Below, piece by piece: positions 8,326 to 19,465 of a DNA stretch of 64,000 bases. Numbering within the stretch: position 1 is the stretch's first letter; the number at the start of each line of letters is the position of its first letter. This stretch comes from Candidatus Wolfebacteria bacterium GW2011_GWB1_47_1 (GTDB lineage: Bacteria; Patescibacteriota; Minisyncoccia; UBA6257; UBA9933): assembly GCA_001029635.1 (NCBI GenBank), contig CP011209.1, positions 157,352-221,351 on the forward strand, given 5' to 3'. The notes beneath the pieces were generated by a model. The model saw only the letters and a program-made list of their open reading frames with translations, was not told where the DNA came from and searched no databases. Both the position numbers and the translations under genes were made by a program.

Positions 8326-8419
8326 TTTAAAATTTAAAATTTAAAAGCGCCTTAAACACTTTTTGGTTTTTACATTTAGAATTTTAAATTTTAAATTATG
8401 CAGTATATACTTACTTGAT

Positions 8420-9295
8420 ATGGAGAAAAATTTTTCCTCAATTCGATTGGGTGATGAGTACTATCCACTACTCCTTAAGGAAATAGCGAAGCCGCCAAAA
8501 GAATTGCATTATATAGGAACACTTCCTCCGGCAGACATGATGGCAGTGGCAATAGTAGGAACACGCAAGGCAACGACGCAAGGCAAATTGTTTGCAAAAA
8601 AGATCGCGCATGATCTTGCGAAACAAGGGATCATCATTGTGAGCGGGCTCGCACTTGGAATCGACACCGTAGCTCACGAAGGAGCTATAGAGGCAAATGG
8701 AGTAACGATGGCAGTGCTTTCCGACGGTATAGAGACAGTGTATCCCTCTCGAAACGCGGCACTCGCAGATAAGGTTCTCTCACTGGGCGGAATCCTGCTT
8801 TCGGAATACCGAGCATCATCTCCCTATTACCCAGGTCAATTTATCCAACGAAATAGAATTATCAGCGGCCTATGCGTAGCAACCATTGTTGTAGAAGCCC
8901 CCGAACGATCGGGCACGTTAGCAACCGCACGCTTTGCCCTCGAGCAGGGACGCGAAGTATTTGTGATCCCGGGCCCGGTCGATCACCCGAACTATACTGG
9001 CTCACACCAACTAATACGGGATGGCGCACGTCTCGTAACCTCGGCAAAGGACGTATATGAAGACCTTGGAGTACGGATACCTGGGGAAGTATCTACGGGA
9101 CAAATGGCTCTAGGGGAGACACGCGATCCGAATGAAACTATGGTAGTCGAAGCCCTCACAAAGGCCGGCAAATCCCTATCGGTTGACAAAATCGCCGAAC
9201 TCACTACTATGGATGCACGCGCGATCAACACAACAATCGCATCGTTAGTAATGGAAGGGATAGTAAAAGAAACAGAACACGGATACACTATATAG
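8420..9295 (+). CDS. dprA: DNA processing protein DprA (Smf)
   Basis: Rossmann-like DprA motifs AVAIVGTRKAT, IVSGLALGIDTVAHEGAI, GTLATARFALEQGREVFVIPG. Confidence 0.85.
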   Translation: MEKNFSSIRLGDEYYPLLLKEIAKPPKELHYIGTLPPADMMAVAIVGTRKATTQGKLFAKKIAHDLAKQGIIIVSGLALGIDTVAHEGAIEANGVTMAVLSDGIETVYPSRNAALADKVLSLGGILLSEYRASSPYYPGQFIQRNRIISGLCVATIVVEAPERSGTLATARFALEQGREVFVIPGPVDHPNYTGSHQLIRDGARLVTSAKDVYEDLGVRIPGEVSTGQMALGETRDPNETMVVEALTKAGKSLSVDKIAELTTMDARAINTTIASLVMEGIVKETEHGYTI

Positions 9296-9299
9296 AATT

Positions 9300-11306
9300 A
9301 TGAAACTCGTTATCGTTGAGTCTCCAACAAAAGCAAAGACTATCTCAAAATTTTTAGGAAAGGGGTATCAGATCGAATCTTCCTTTGGCCACATTCGCGA
9401 CCTTCCGAAGAGCAAGCTTGCAATCGATATCGAGCATGACTTTGAACCGAGCTACATCATCCCGGTAAAGGCAAAAAAACGAGTTACGCAGCTAAAAAAG
9501 GACGCCGCAAAGGCAGACATCGTCATCCTCGCATCCGACGAAGACCGCGAAGGAGAGGCAATCGCGCATCACTTGACCGAAGCGCTTAAACTGACGGATC
9601 GCCCGGCAAGCCAAGTGCAAAGAATCACGTTTCATGAAATCACCAAGACTGCGATCGAAGAAGCGCTCAAGCATCCGCGCACGATCAACGAAGACCTCGT
9701 ATATGCACAGCAGGCACGACGCGTACTCGACCGCTTGGTTGGATATAAGCTCTCCCCCTTCCTTTGGGAAAAGGTTATGAAGCGCCTCTCTGCGGGCCGC
9801 GTGCAATCGGTAGCGCTCCGTCTTATTTGTGATCGCGAGGACGAGATTAAAAAATTTATTGCGGAAGAATATTGGACCATTTCTGCACTATTCAAAAAAG
9901 AACGTAGCGAAACGGCAATCGAAACTAATCTTGTCTCTATCGACAAAAAAACGCTAGCGAAATTTGACATCCCAGACAAGGAACTGGCCAACGCTCTCAA
10001 GAAGCAGTTAAACGAATCAATCTTCTCGGTCGCAAAGATCGAAGAAAAAGAATCACACAAGAATCCACTGGCACCGTTTACAACCAGCACGCTGCAACAG
10101 GAAGGCAGCAAGAAGCTGCGCTATTCCGCAAAGCAGACCATGGCGATCGCGCAAGGTCTGTATGAAAAGGGATTGATCACCTATATGCGTACCGACTCGG
10201 TAAACCTTTCAAAGGAATCCTTGGATGGCGCAAAAAGTTGGATCATTGAACACCTTGGAGTGCAATATGCGACAGATGCACCACGCACCTTTAAGACAAA
10301 ATCAAAGCTTGCCCAGGAAGCGCACGAGGCCATTCGCCCGACAAACCCATCGCTCACCCCTGAACTCTTCCAAGTAGACGACGATCCGAAGGCAAAGAAA
10401 TTGTACGAGTTGATTTGGCGGCGCTTTATCGCATCGCAGTTACCACAAGCGGTCTTCAAGACAACATCATTCGATATCGAAGGCACTAACGAAAAGGCAC
10501 ATAAAACATTTGGCCTCCGCACAAGCGTGACCATGACGACATTTGATGGCTTTCAAAAGATCATGCCATCTGGAGCGGAAGAAAAGGTAATGCCAAGGCT
10601 GATCGAAGGAGAAACGTTAGAAGCGGAAAAAATCATCCCGGTTCAACACTTCACCGAACCACCAGCACGCTACGACGAAGCAAGTCTCATTAAAATACTT
10701 GAAGAATACGGCATCGGCCGCCCTTCAACGTACGCGCCGACTATCTCAACCATCCAGGCGCGCAACTACGTCGAGAAGACCGACCAACGACGCTTCAAGC
10801 CGACCGAAATCGGCGAAGCGGTAAACGAGATGCTAGTCGCCCATTTTCCACAAATCGTAGATGTGCAGTTTACCGCAAAGATGGAAGATGAGTTCGACGA
10901 GGTCGCCGAAGGTCACAAAAAATGGTCGGATGTGATCAGAACCTTCTACGTCCCCTTCGAAAAAAACCTCGAACAAAAAATGAAGGAGGTTCCCAAGATC
11001 GAACGCGCGTTAGAAGTCTCGGATGAGCTCTGCGAAAAATGTGGCAAACAAATGCTCATCAAATACAGCCGCTTTGGAAAATTTCTCGCCTGTTCGGGAT
11101 TCCCCGAATGCAGGAACACAAAAAAGATCCTAACCGAGGAAGAAAGGCTGCTCGGCAAATGCCCCACATGCAAAGAAGGGGACATCATCAAGCGAAAATC
11201 AAAACGCGGTCGCGCATTCTACGGATGCTCACGCTACCCAGATTGTGATTACGCCTCCTGGAAGAAGCCAGGCGAAAAAGAAGAGGGTGACGACACTATT
11301 GAGTAA
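9300..11306 (+). CDS. topA: DNA topoisomerase I (compact, 668 aa, C-terminal zinc ribbons)
   Basis: TOPRIM MKLVIVESPTKAKTI...EGEAIAHH; catalytic Tyr region GLITYMRTDS; C-terminal C4 ribbons CEKCGK...CSGFPEC and CPTCKEG...CSRYPDC. Confidence 0.9.
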   Translation: MKLVIVESPTKAKTISKFLGKGYQIESSFGHIRDLPKSKLAIDIEHDFEPSYIIPVKAKKRVTQLKKDAAKADIVILASDEDREGEAIAHHLTEALKLTDRPASQVQRITFHEITKTAIEEALKHPRTINEDLVYAQQARRVLDRLVGYKLSPFLWEKVMKRLSAGRVQSVALRLICDREDEIKKFIAEEYWTISALFKKERSETAIETNLVSIDKKTLAKFDIPDKELANALKKQLNESIFSVAKIEEKESHKNPLAPFTTSTLQQEGSKKLRYSAKQTMAIAQGLYEKGLITYMRTDSVNLSKESLDGAKSWIIEHLGVQYATDAPRTFKTKSKLAQEAHEAIRPTNPSLTPELFQVDDDPKAKKLYELIWRRFIASQLPQAVFKTTSFDIEGTNEKAHKTFGLRTSVTMTTFDGFQKIMPSGAEEKVMPRLIEGETLEAEKIIPVQHFTEPPARYDEASLIKILEEYGIGRPSTYAPTISTIQARNYVEKTDQRRFKPTEIGEAVNEMLVAHFPQIVDVQFTAKMEDEFDEVAEGHKKWSDVIRTFYVPFEKNLEQKMKEVPKIERALEVSDELCEKCGKQMLIKYSRFGKFLACSGFPECRNTKKILTEEERLLGKCPTCKEGDIIKRKSKRGRAFYGCSRYPDCDYASWKKPGEKEEGDDTIE

Positions 11307-11307
11307 T

Positions 11308-11340
11308 AAAAAGGCGACCCGATGGGGTCGCTTTTGTTTC
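11308..11340 (+). terminator. Terminator after topA
   Basis: AAAAAGGCGACCCGATGGGGTCGCTTTTGTTT. Confidence 0.6.
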
Positions 11341-11367
11341 TGCTCCAGACTGGAGCCTATTGGATCA

Positions 11368-11643
11368 TCAGCAAAGATCATAGCAGTCGCAGTCGATCAT
11401 GGAGCTCCAAGGTTTCTTGGGGCACAGCTTCTCGTGATACTCGAACATTGCTTGGGTGGTGACGAACCAGTCGCCACAATGCGGGCATTTGCGCTGCTTG
11501 CGCTCGGTCGCCCCAGGACGCTGCGAACATTCGGCATGTTCGTGTCGCTGCATGGCGGCGGTGAAGCATATCGCTCGGAAAATCTTGCACCACGAACAGG
11601 TGCGGCCAAGTACGCTAAGCCGAACATCTTTAAGACTCCTCAT
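11368..11643 (-). CDS. Small protein with two C2HC/C2H2-like zinc-finger motifs (91 aa)
   Basis: MRSLKDV...CSWC-x14-HEHAEC...CPHC-x13-HEKLC. Strong RBS AGGAGG 6 nt upstream. Its ATG overlaps the last codons of the upstream gene. Confidence 0.5.
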   Translation of the reverse strand: MRSLKDVRLSVLGRTCSWCKIFRAICFTAAMQRHEHAECSQRPGATERKQRKCPHCGDWFVTTQAMFEYHEKLCPKKPWSSMIDCDCYDLC

Positions 11644-12007
11644 CGCCTTCCTCCTTCTCGGGCAGATGGCCGACCAGATGTTCTTCGGTAGTCTGTATTG
11701 AGCGATCGATATGCTCGGCAAAGGCACGCAACTGGGCCGAAATGACCCCGCCTGACTGCTTGATGGAATCGATCTTTGTTGCAAGATCAGCTCCTAATAT
11801 GACGCCGGCAGCAGCCATCGTGTGTGCGCGAATAGTTTCACCATAGAAGCGATCTATCCGTTTGTCGAGAAGTTTTAACTCCTCCATCGCGACACGCTCT
11901 TCTGCCATCGTGTCCTGTTGAAAAACGCTTCCTTTGGCGGTTACCATGGGGCTTTTTTGGCCACGATAGTGCCCAACCCCCTTGCAACTATCCGGACATC
12001 CTGGCAT
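11630..12007 (-). CDS. Hypothetical protein (125 aa)
   Basis: RBS GGGAGG 6 nt before the ATG at 12007; no recognisable domain. The overlapping + strand ORF 11245..11691 is rejected. Confidence 0.5.
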   Translation of the reverse strand: MPGCPDSCKGVGHYRGQKSPMVTAKGSVFQQDTMAEERVAMEELKLLDKRIDRFYGETIRAHTMAAAGVILGADLATKIDSIKQSGGVISAQLRAFAEHIDRSIQTTEEHLVGHLPEKEEGDEES

Positions 12008-12249
12008 ACGATACCTCCCTATATTATTGTGAAATGGACTGCTAATATAGTAGTACCACTGAAGGGTATATTTGTCAAAAAAACAGCCCGAAGGCTGCTT
12101 GGTTTAGGCTGCGCATCCGGGAGGGCCCGGTCATTAGAGGGGACCTTGTCGCCCTCCATCCCTATGTTTCCTCCTGCCGCGGACAGGAAAAACGGAAACG
12201 GTCTAGGCGCCCCCGGATGCACATTTGTTGTGTTTCCAAAAAGATCTGG

Positions 12250-12333
12250 TGTACCCCGACAGGGCTTGAACCTGCACGAGACTGCTCTCACTCGATGGTA
12301 ATCGAGCGCGTCTACCAATTCCGCCACGGGGAC
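12250..12333 (-). tRNA. tRNA-like gene, type II (Leu-type D-arm, long variable arm); anticodon arm non-canonical, so possible pseudogene or variant
   Basis: Reverse complement ...TGGCGGAATTGGTAGACGCG...GGTTCAAGCCCTG..ACCA. The anticodon region CTCGA-TTACCA-TCGAG gives a 6-nt loop, and the acceptor stem has mismatches. Confidence 0.45.
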
Positions 12334-12345
12334 AGAAAATCTTTT

Positions 12346-12426
12346 TGGTCGGAGTGAGTGGGTTCGAACCACCGACCTTCGCTGGGATCATCCATACGAT
12401 GCGCTACCGGGCTGCGCTACACTCCG
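12346..12426 (-). tRNA. tRNA-like gene (Pro-type D-arm, GGTGGTTCGAACCCACT T-arm, CCA encoded); no canonical anticodon stem-loop could be drawn
   Basis: Reverse complement CGGAGTGTAGCGCAGCCCGGTAGCGCA-TCGTATGGATGATCCCAGCGA-AGGTCGGTGGTTCGAACCCACTCACTCCGACCA. The region between the D- and T-arms is 4 nt too long and fits no 5-bp/7-nt anticodon arm. Confidence 0.4.
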
Positions 12427-12463
12427 ACACAATCGTTAAATCTAAAAAGTTTTGTTCCGAAAC

Positions 12464-12540
12464 TGGCGCGCGAGGCAGGACTCGAACCCGCGACCTCAAT
12501 CCGTGAAGGATTGCGCTCTACTCGACTGAGCTACTCGCAC
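12464..12540 (-). tRNA. tRNA with a canonical cloverleaf whose anticodon loop CTTCACG places TCA (UCA) at positions 34-36; discriminator G, CCA encoded
   Basis: Reverse complement GTGCGAG-TA-GCTC-AGTCGAGTA-GAGC-G-CAATC-CTTCACG-GATTG-AGGTC-GCGGG-TTCGAGT-CCTGC-CTCGCGC-G-CCA. Position 37 would be C, which is atypical. Confidence 0.5.
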
Positions 12541-12795
12541 GCAAATTTGGTGAAGGTGTGAGGAATTGCACCTCCAGCGAACCCAATAAAGGCCCGTCCA
12601 ATAATTTGCACCCTCAAACTTTGAGTTTATACAAAGAGCTACTACCCGCAACATGAAGGGGATGTGCTTTTAAGCTACAATCCCGAAGGTTATGGTCCTA
12701 CTGGGCACACCCATCTCCTCCATGTCTTGGAAAGTAATACCATACTCCATTACGGATCCTTTGTCAACGGAATATTCTAGAATAGTTTCGTTCTA

Positions 12796-12940
12796 TGCGA
12801 GCCCGTAAAAATGGTGGCCAAGATGGGTGTAGGGAATTTCCCCAGAAACCGAAGGTCGGGGTCCCGTCAGCAAGACGGGCAATCCTTCGGTTTTGTGAGA
12901 AATTTTCAAATCCATCCGCCATTTTTACTTCGGCTCGCGA
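12796..12940. repeat. Copy B of the roughly 143-bp TIR/hairpin element (associated GTAC palindrome at 13104-13123)
   Basis: TIRs tGCGAGCccGTAAAAATGGtGG and CCgCCATTTTTACttcgGCTCGCga; apex CCCGTC-AGCAA-GACGGG; the long stem shows compensatory changes relative to copy A. Confidence 0.7.
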
Positions 12941-13154
12941 TTTGAGCCTTGGCGTTGTGACTGGGGTCGTTGCTAGCGAGTACCCGAGCGTGCAACGCGA
13001 CGGAATGCAGGGCGCGCATCATTCTTTCGCGCGCGCTGCCTAGTGATCCTGCAACGTGCCGGCATGTCGGCGTAGTATATGTTTTTACACAAAGCCGACG
13101 GCCGTACTTTATTAAAAAAGTACGAAAAGATGAGCCCCGCATCCGCAGGAATGA

Positions 13155-15293
<2,139 letters not shown>

Positions 15294-15299
15294 CAAAAG

Positions 15300-15330
15300 A
15301 ACACCCAGGCTTACGCCTGGGTGTTTTATT
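15300..15330. terminator. Bidirectional terminator after ligA
   Basis: ACACCCAGGCTTACGCCTGGGTGTTTTATT. Confidence 0.6.
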
Positions 15331-15343
15331 ATTCTCGTAAAGA

Positions 15344-16021
15344 TTATTTAATGAGCAGGAAGGAAACTTCACACTGCGGAACAACGTGATAGGGAATAAT
15401 CCCGTACCGGGCAAACTCTCCCCCTAGGTAGTGACTTGCATCCGCCCACGTTTCTTCAAAAACGTAGACTCCAACACCCCCACGCCCATAAAGCTCGATA
15501 ATACGAGGGCGACTTTGCTGCAGAAACGTGGCGATGCACGCGGCCATCACCGAATGAGGTTGCGGTGACTCCTTCTCTCTGACCTTCAGAAATGCGTCAT
15601 AAAACCGCTGAGTATCGTTGATCACAGCCTCACACAGCAGTGTGTACGAAATGATCTTCCCGTCGACCGGAAAATGCATAGTAATGGACGCCAGCAATTG
15701 GGGCCTGACCGGAATTAATCTCGATCCGCCTACGCTCTTCTTGTCGTAGAAAAACGGGGTTTTGTGATAACAACAGACCGTATCTCCACTGACCTCAAAA
15801 ACGTCCCCGGGGCAATACGTACTCCGAGAAAGTGCCTTTGCGTGAAAAAGCGCGTGCGCCATAGCCACGACAATCACAACCGGACCGCCAATCATAAGCA
15901 GGTCGCTTTTAATCACCACCCCCAGTATTTCCAAGCCGAGCGCCAAGGGAATGCCGATAAAAGAGGTATAGAGCCTCTTCCGCTTCATGCTCAAAAACTC
16001 ATCCGCATAAATCTCGATCAT
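15344..16021 (-). CDS. Hypothetical membrane-associated protein (225 aa)
   Basis: TM segments near the N-terminus (IGIPLALGLEILGVVI, GGPVVIVVAMAHALF); no recognised domain. Confidence 0.45.
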   Translation of the reverse strand: MIEIYADEFLSMKRKRLYTSFIGIPLALGLEILGVVIKSDLLMIGGPVVIVVAMAHALFHAKALSRSTYCPGDVFEVSGDTVCCYHKTPFFYDKKSVGGSRLIPVRPQLLASITMHFPVDGKIISYTLLCEAVINDTQRFYDAFLKVREKESPQPHSVMAACIATFLQQSRPRIIELYGRGGVGVYVFEETWADASHYLGGEFARYGIIPYHVVPQCEVSFLLIK

Positions 16022-16148
16022 GTAATAACCTCCGCTAAAGAATTAAGCTGCTGGATATATATAACAATATTTACATAAATTTGTCAATTATTATTTAGCG
16101 GGCGATTAATTAGTACAAAAAGCGCGTCTCTCGACGCGCATAGTTAAC

Positions 16149-16559
16149 TTACAGAAAAATTCCCCGCTTGCGCAGCTGGGTATTAAATACCTCCCAGACT
16201 ATCCTGTGGCGACTAACCCTGTCTTTTGCCCAAAGTTGGCGATACAAGGAGTACAGGAGAGGATCTCTTTTTTGGGGGCGATATTCAGACTCATCTGTAA
16301 AGACCGTAATAAGGACGCCCCGATGACACAACTGTGCTTGGAGCTCCTTCCACTCTTCTTCGTCATGATTTTCCTGCACCATATTCAGCTCCCGGAGATG
16401 TTGAAATAGTACATTTATCTCCCCGTCGGAAAATCGCCCTTCGTAATAATCACCGAGGGCGATCAACTCTTTTACAGACCGCGCAATAGGAGTATTATTA
16501 GCCTTCTCCTGTGTCATACCCGCCATAATTCCCGACGGTCTTGGAAATCCTTTTTGCAT
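16149..16559 (-). CDS. Hypothetical protein (136 aa)
   Basis: ORF with a plausible start; no recognised motifs. Confidence 0.4.
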   Translation of the reverse strand: MQKGFPRPSGIMAGMTQEKANNTPIARSVKELIALGDYYEGRFSDGEINVLFQHLRELNMVQENHDEEEWKELQAQLCHRGVLITVFTDESEYRPQKRDPLLYSLYRQLWAKDRVSRHRIVWEVFNTQLRKRGIFL

Positions 16560-16716
16560 GGTTATCCCCCCGTTAATTGTGAAATGCGCGAAGCCCCGCC
16601 TTATATACTATATGGTTCATACCATAAAATATATTTTTATGTCAACCAACTACCAATTCCCTCTTTCATTTTTGGCGGATTGATGATGTAATAAAGAAAT
16701 CATCTTATTTGTTATC

Positions 16717-18498
16717 ATGAATAAGACCCATAGTATGCACGATTTTAAAAAAGCCACGTTTGAAAATCTAATCAAGACGATCGAATATCGTCGCAAGCTT
16801 CCCGATATCGAAATAGAACTTTTGCAAAAGGCTTTTTTGACCGCACAAAAAGCACACGAGCCCCAAAAACGCAGCTCGGGGGAACCATACTTTAATCACG
16901 TATTTCAGACTGCAATCAAGCTTGCAGAATGGGGACTCGACACATCCACCATCTCGGCAGGATTACTGCACGACACGGTGGAAGATACATCATACAAACT
17001 GGAAGCGCTCAAGAAAGACTTCGGCGACGAGATCGCCTTTTTGGTCAACGGAGTTACCAAGTTGGGACACCTTAAATACCGGACTTCTCCTCAGACAGAA
17101 AAGGAACGCATGGAGCAAGCTGCAGAAAACTTGCGTAAGATGATTCTGGCAATCAGCGAAGACCTTCGCGTGGTCTTTATTAAACTCGCAGACCGTCTCC
17201 ATAATATGAAGACGCTCGGAGCTGTACCCCCCCAAAAACAAAAGCGTATCGCTTTGGAAACTCTCGAAATCTATGCTCCGCTTGCATACCGCCTCGGCAT
17301 GCAAGGACTGTCAGGAGAGCTCGAAGATATTACCTTTATGTATCTGCATCCCGAAGAATATAGATGGATGACGGAGCACGTGAAGGAGCAGTACGATGAG
17401 CGAGTTCAGTATCTCGAAGCAGTTGAGATACTTCTCCGCGAAGCGCTCAAGAAGGCTGGTATCACCCCGGTGAAGATAGATTACCGGGCGAAGCGCATCT
17501 CAAGTTTATATAAGAAATTATTGCGGGCAAACATGAGCCTTGAGCAAATCTACGATCTCGTCGCCCTGCGTGTTATTGTAAACACGATCGAAGATTGTTA
17601 TACCGCACTCGGGATCGTGCACCAAATATGGCCGCCACTACCGGGCCGCATTAAGGACTATATCGCATTACCAAAACCGAACGGGTATAAGAGCCTGCAT
17701 ACGACAGTATTTTGTGAGGACAAAAAAATAACCGAAATCCAAATCCGCACATTACAAATGCACGAAGAAGCAGAAAACGGAATTGCGGCACACTGGGCAT
17801 ATAGCCAAGCAAAGACCTCCAAGAATTTCATGGAGGGTAATAAAAACGTGACAGCAAACCAAGCAGACATTGCCTGGGTACAGCAACTGCGTAATTGGCA
17901 AAAGGATTTCACCGACCCGGAAGAATTTCTGCATTCGCTAAAAATTGATTTCTTCAAACATCGCGTATTCGCGATCACTCCAAAAGGAGAAGTGATCGAT
18001 CTCCCTGCCGGATCGACGCCGATCGATTTCGCATACCAGATTCATAGCGAGATAGGAGATCATTGTGTCGGCGCGAAAGTAAACGACAAGATGGTTTCTT
18101 TGGATTATCAGATCCAGTCAGGAGACCTTGTTGATATATTAGTACAAAAGAACAAAAAGCCTTCCGAGTCATGGCTGCAATTCGCAAAAACAGCGAGCGC
18201 AAAGTCAAAGATTCGCACCAATCTTAAAAAAGAAACTTCGTTTATGCGCAAAGCTCGCCAGCTCGAGCTACGCATCACTGCAGCCGATCGCGTAGGACTA
18301 ATCAAAGATCTATCTGCCGTCATATCTCGAGCGCGCGTCAACATTCTTAACCTTACCCATATCAGCCCCGCGCAAAAGACATCATTCCCTATTATCAAAA
18401 TAATTTGTGATATTGATAATAGGGAAAAGACCGAGAAGCTTATTCTAAAATTAAAGGGGGTAACGGGGGTTAAAGAAATCCATCATCAGATGATCTGA
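16717..18498 (+). CDS. rsh: Bifunctional (p)ppGpp synthetase/hydrolase RelA/SpoT homolog (RSH)
   Basis: HD domain HD motif LLHDTVEDT, synthetase domain (RIKDYIALPKPNGYKSLHTTV), TGS and C-terminal ACT-like region. TGA stop immediately followed by a terminator. Confidence 0.9.
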   Translation: MNKTHSMHDFKKATFENLIKTIEYRRKLPDIEIELLQKAFLTAQKAHEPQKRSSGEPYFNHVFQTAIKLAEWGLDTSTISAGLLHDTVEDTSYKLEALKKDFGDEIAFLVNGVTKLGHLKYRTSPQTEKERMEQAAENLRKMILAISEDLRVVFIKLADRLHNMKTLGAVPPQKQKRIALETLEIYAPLAYRLGMQGLSGELEDITFMYLHPEEYRWMTEHVKEQYDERVQYLEAVEILLREALKKAGITPVKIDYRAKRISSLYKKLLRANMSLEQIYDLVALRVIVNTIEDCYTALGIVHQIWPPLPGRIKDYIALPKPNGYKSLHTTVFCEDKKITEIQIRTLQMHEEAENGIAAHWAYSQAKTSKNFMEGNKNVTANQADIAWVQQLRNWQKDFTDPEEFLHSLKIDFFKHRVFAITPKGEVIDLPAGSTPIDFAYQIHSEIGDHCVGAKVNDKMVSLDYQIQSGDLVDILVQKNKKPSESWLQFAKTASAKSKIRTNLKKETSFMRKARQLELRITAADRVGLIKDLSAVISRARVNILNLTHISPAQKTSFPIIKIICDIDNREKTEKLILKLKGVTGVKEIHHQMI

Positions 18499-18499
18499 C

Positions 18500-18530
18500 A
18501 AAGAGAAGCGTTATGCGCTTCTCTTTGTCA
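18500..18530 (+). terminator. Terminator after the RSH gene
   Basis: AAAGAGAAGCGTTATGCGCTTCTCTTTGTC. Confidence 0.65.
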
Positions 18531-18629
18531 TTTTAAAAAGGTATGCTCTAGGTGCGTGATCAATCCAATTATGTTCGCATAGTAAGAAAAATTATGTACA
18601 ATATATGAAAACACTTCGCATATAAATGA

Positions 18630-18807
18630 GTTACGCAAAATGTCGTTCGGCTTCACTCCATTTTTCGTAACGTGGAGCTTTGCGAGGGTTGGGCTTCCTC
18701 TCTTCCCTATCGGGACAAGTAAACAAGCCTCGCACCACATCGCCTAACAACCGCTTGGCGGCGTCCGCCCAAATCCCGCTCCGCGGGACTTCGCAAAGCT
18801 CCACGTT
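18630..18807. repeat. Cassette-associated repeat copy 1: hairpin module, left IR AACGTGGAGCTTTGCGAGG (18669-18687), 40-bp core in orientation A (18688-18727), right IR interrupted by a 57-bp insertion
   Basis: Shares more than 60 bp with copies 2 and 3. The core is the exact reverse complement of the core in copy 2. Confidence 0.75.
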
Positions 18808-18841
18808 ATACGCAATTCTTTAAAACCTTAGCGCCATTAAG

Positions 18842-19465
18842 ATGAAAATATTCAAAAATGGATTAATAACAGGTCTGCTTCTTCAGTTGGCGGTAGGGCC
18901 TGTCTTTTTCTTTATTGTAAATTTAACGTTGCAAAAAACAATTCTCGACGGTTTTGTTGCGGTTTTTGCGGTGACATTGGTCGATTATTTGTACATCACG
19001 CTTGCAATTTTAGGGATTGGAAAATTGTTCGAAAAAAAGAAAGTTAAAAGAATTTTCAGTATAGTCAGTTCTATAGTCCTTATGATATTTGGCGTTATTT
19101 TAATTAAAGGAATTTTGGGAAGTAATATTTCAATAAACGTAGCTACTGATTCAAAAAATCTTCTAACAAGTTTTACCTCTGTTTTTTTTCTCACAATTTC
19201 CAGCCCCATGACAATAGTTTTCTTTACTAGTCTTTTCACCGCAAAAACCGTTCAATATAACTATGCAAAACGAGAATTGGTTATTTTTGGTTTTGCAACT
19301 GGCCTGGCAACATTTATATTCCTGGGGTTAACTGTCTTTTTATCCTCTTTAATCAAAGGAAATATTCCTATGTTATTAATCCAATTTTTGAATGCATTAG
19401 TTGGATGCTTACTAATTGGTTATGGAGCGGTAAGACTGAGAACGGTTTTAAAGAACAGCGTATAA
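18842..19465 (+). CDS. LysE/RhtB-family amino-acid exporter (AT-rich cassette gene)
   Basis: N-terminal LITGLLLQLAVGPVFF matches the LysE family signature; about 6 TM segments; codon usage is AT-rich compared with its neighbours. Confidence 0.7.
   Translation: MKIFKNGLITGLLLQLAVGPVFFFIVNLTLQKTILDGFVAVFAVTLVDYLYITLAILGIGKLFEKKKVKRIFSIVSSIVLMIFGVILIKGILGSNISINVATDSKNLLTSFTSVFFLTISSPMTIVFFTSLFTAKTVQYNYAKRELVIFGFATGLATFIFLGLTVFLSSLIKGNIPMLLIQFLNALVGCLLIGYGAVRLRTVLKNSV

Noticed and set aside
11245-11691. + strand 148-aa ORF overlapping the topA terminator and the minus-strand zinc-finger gene
   Set aside because: It begins inside the topA stop/terminator and has no RBS; the minus-strand genes have strong RBSs and coherent motifs.
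12019-12561. ORFs 12019..12372 (-), 12203..12391 (-) and 12358..12561 (+)
   Set aside because: They overlap the tRNA-like genes and the structured intergenic region; no coding signal.
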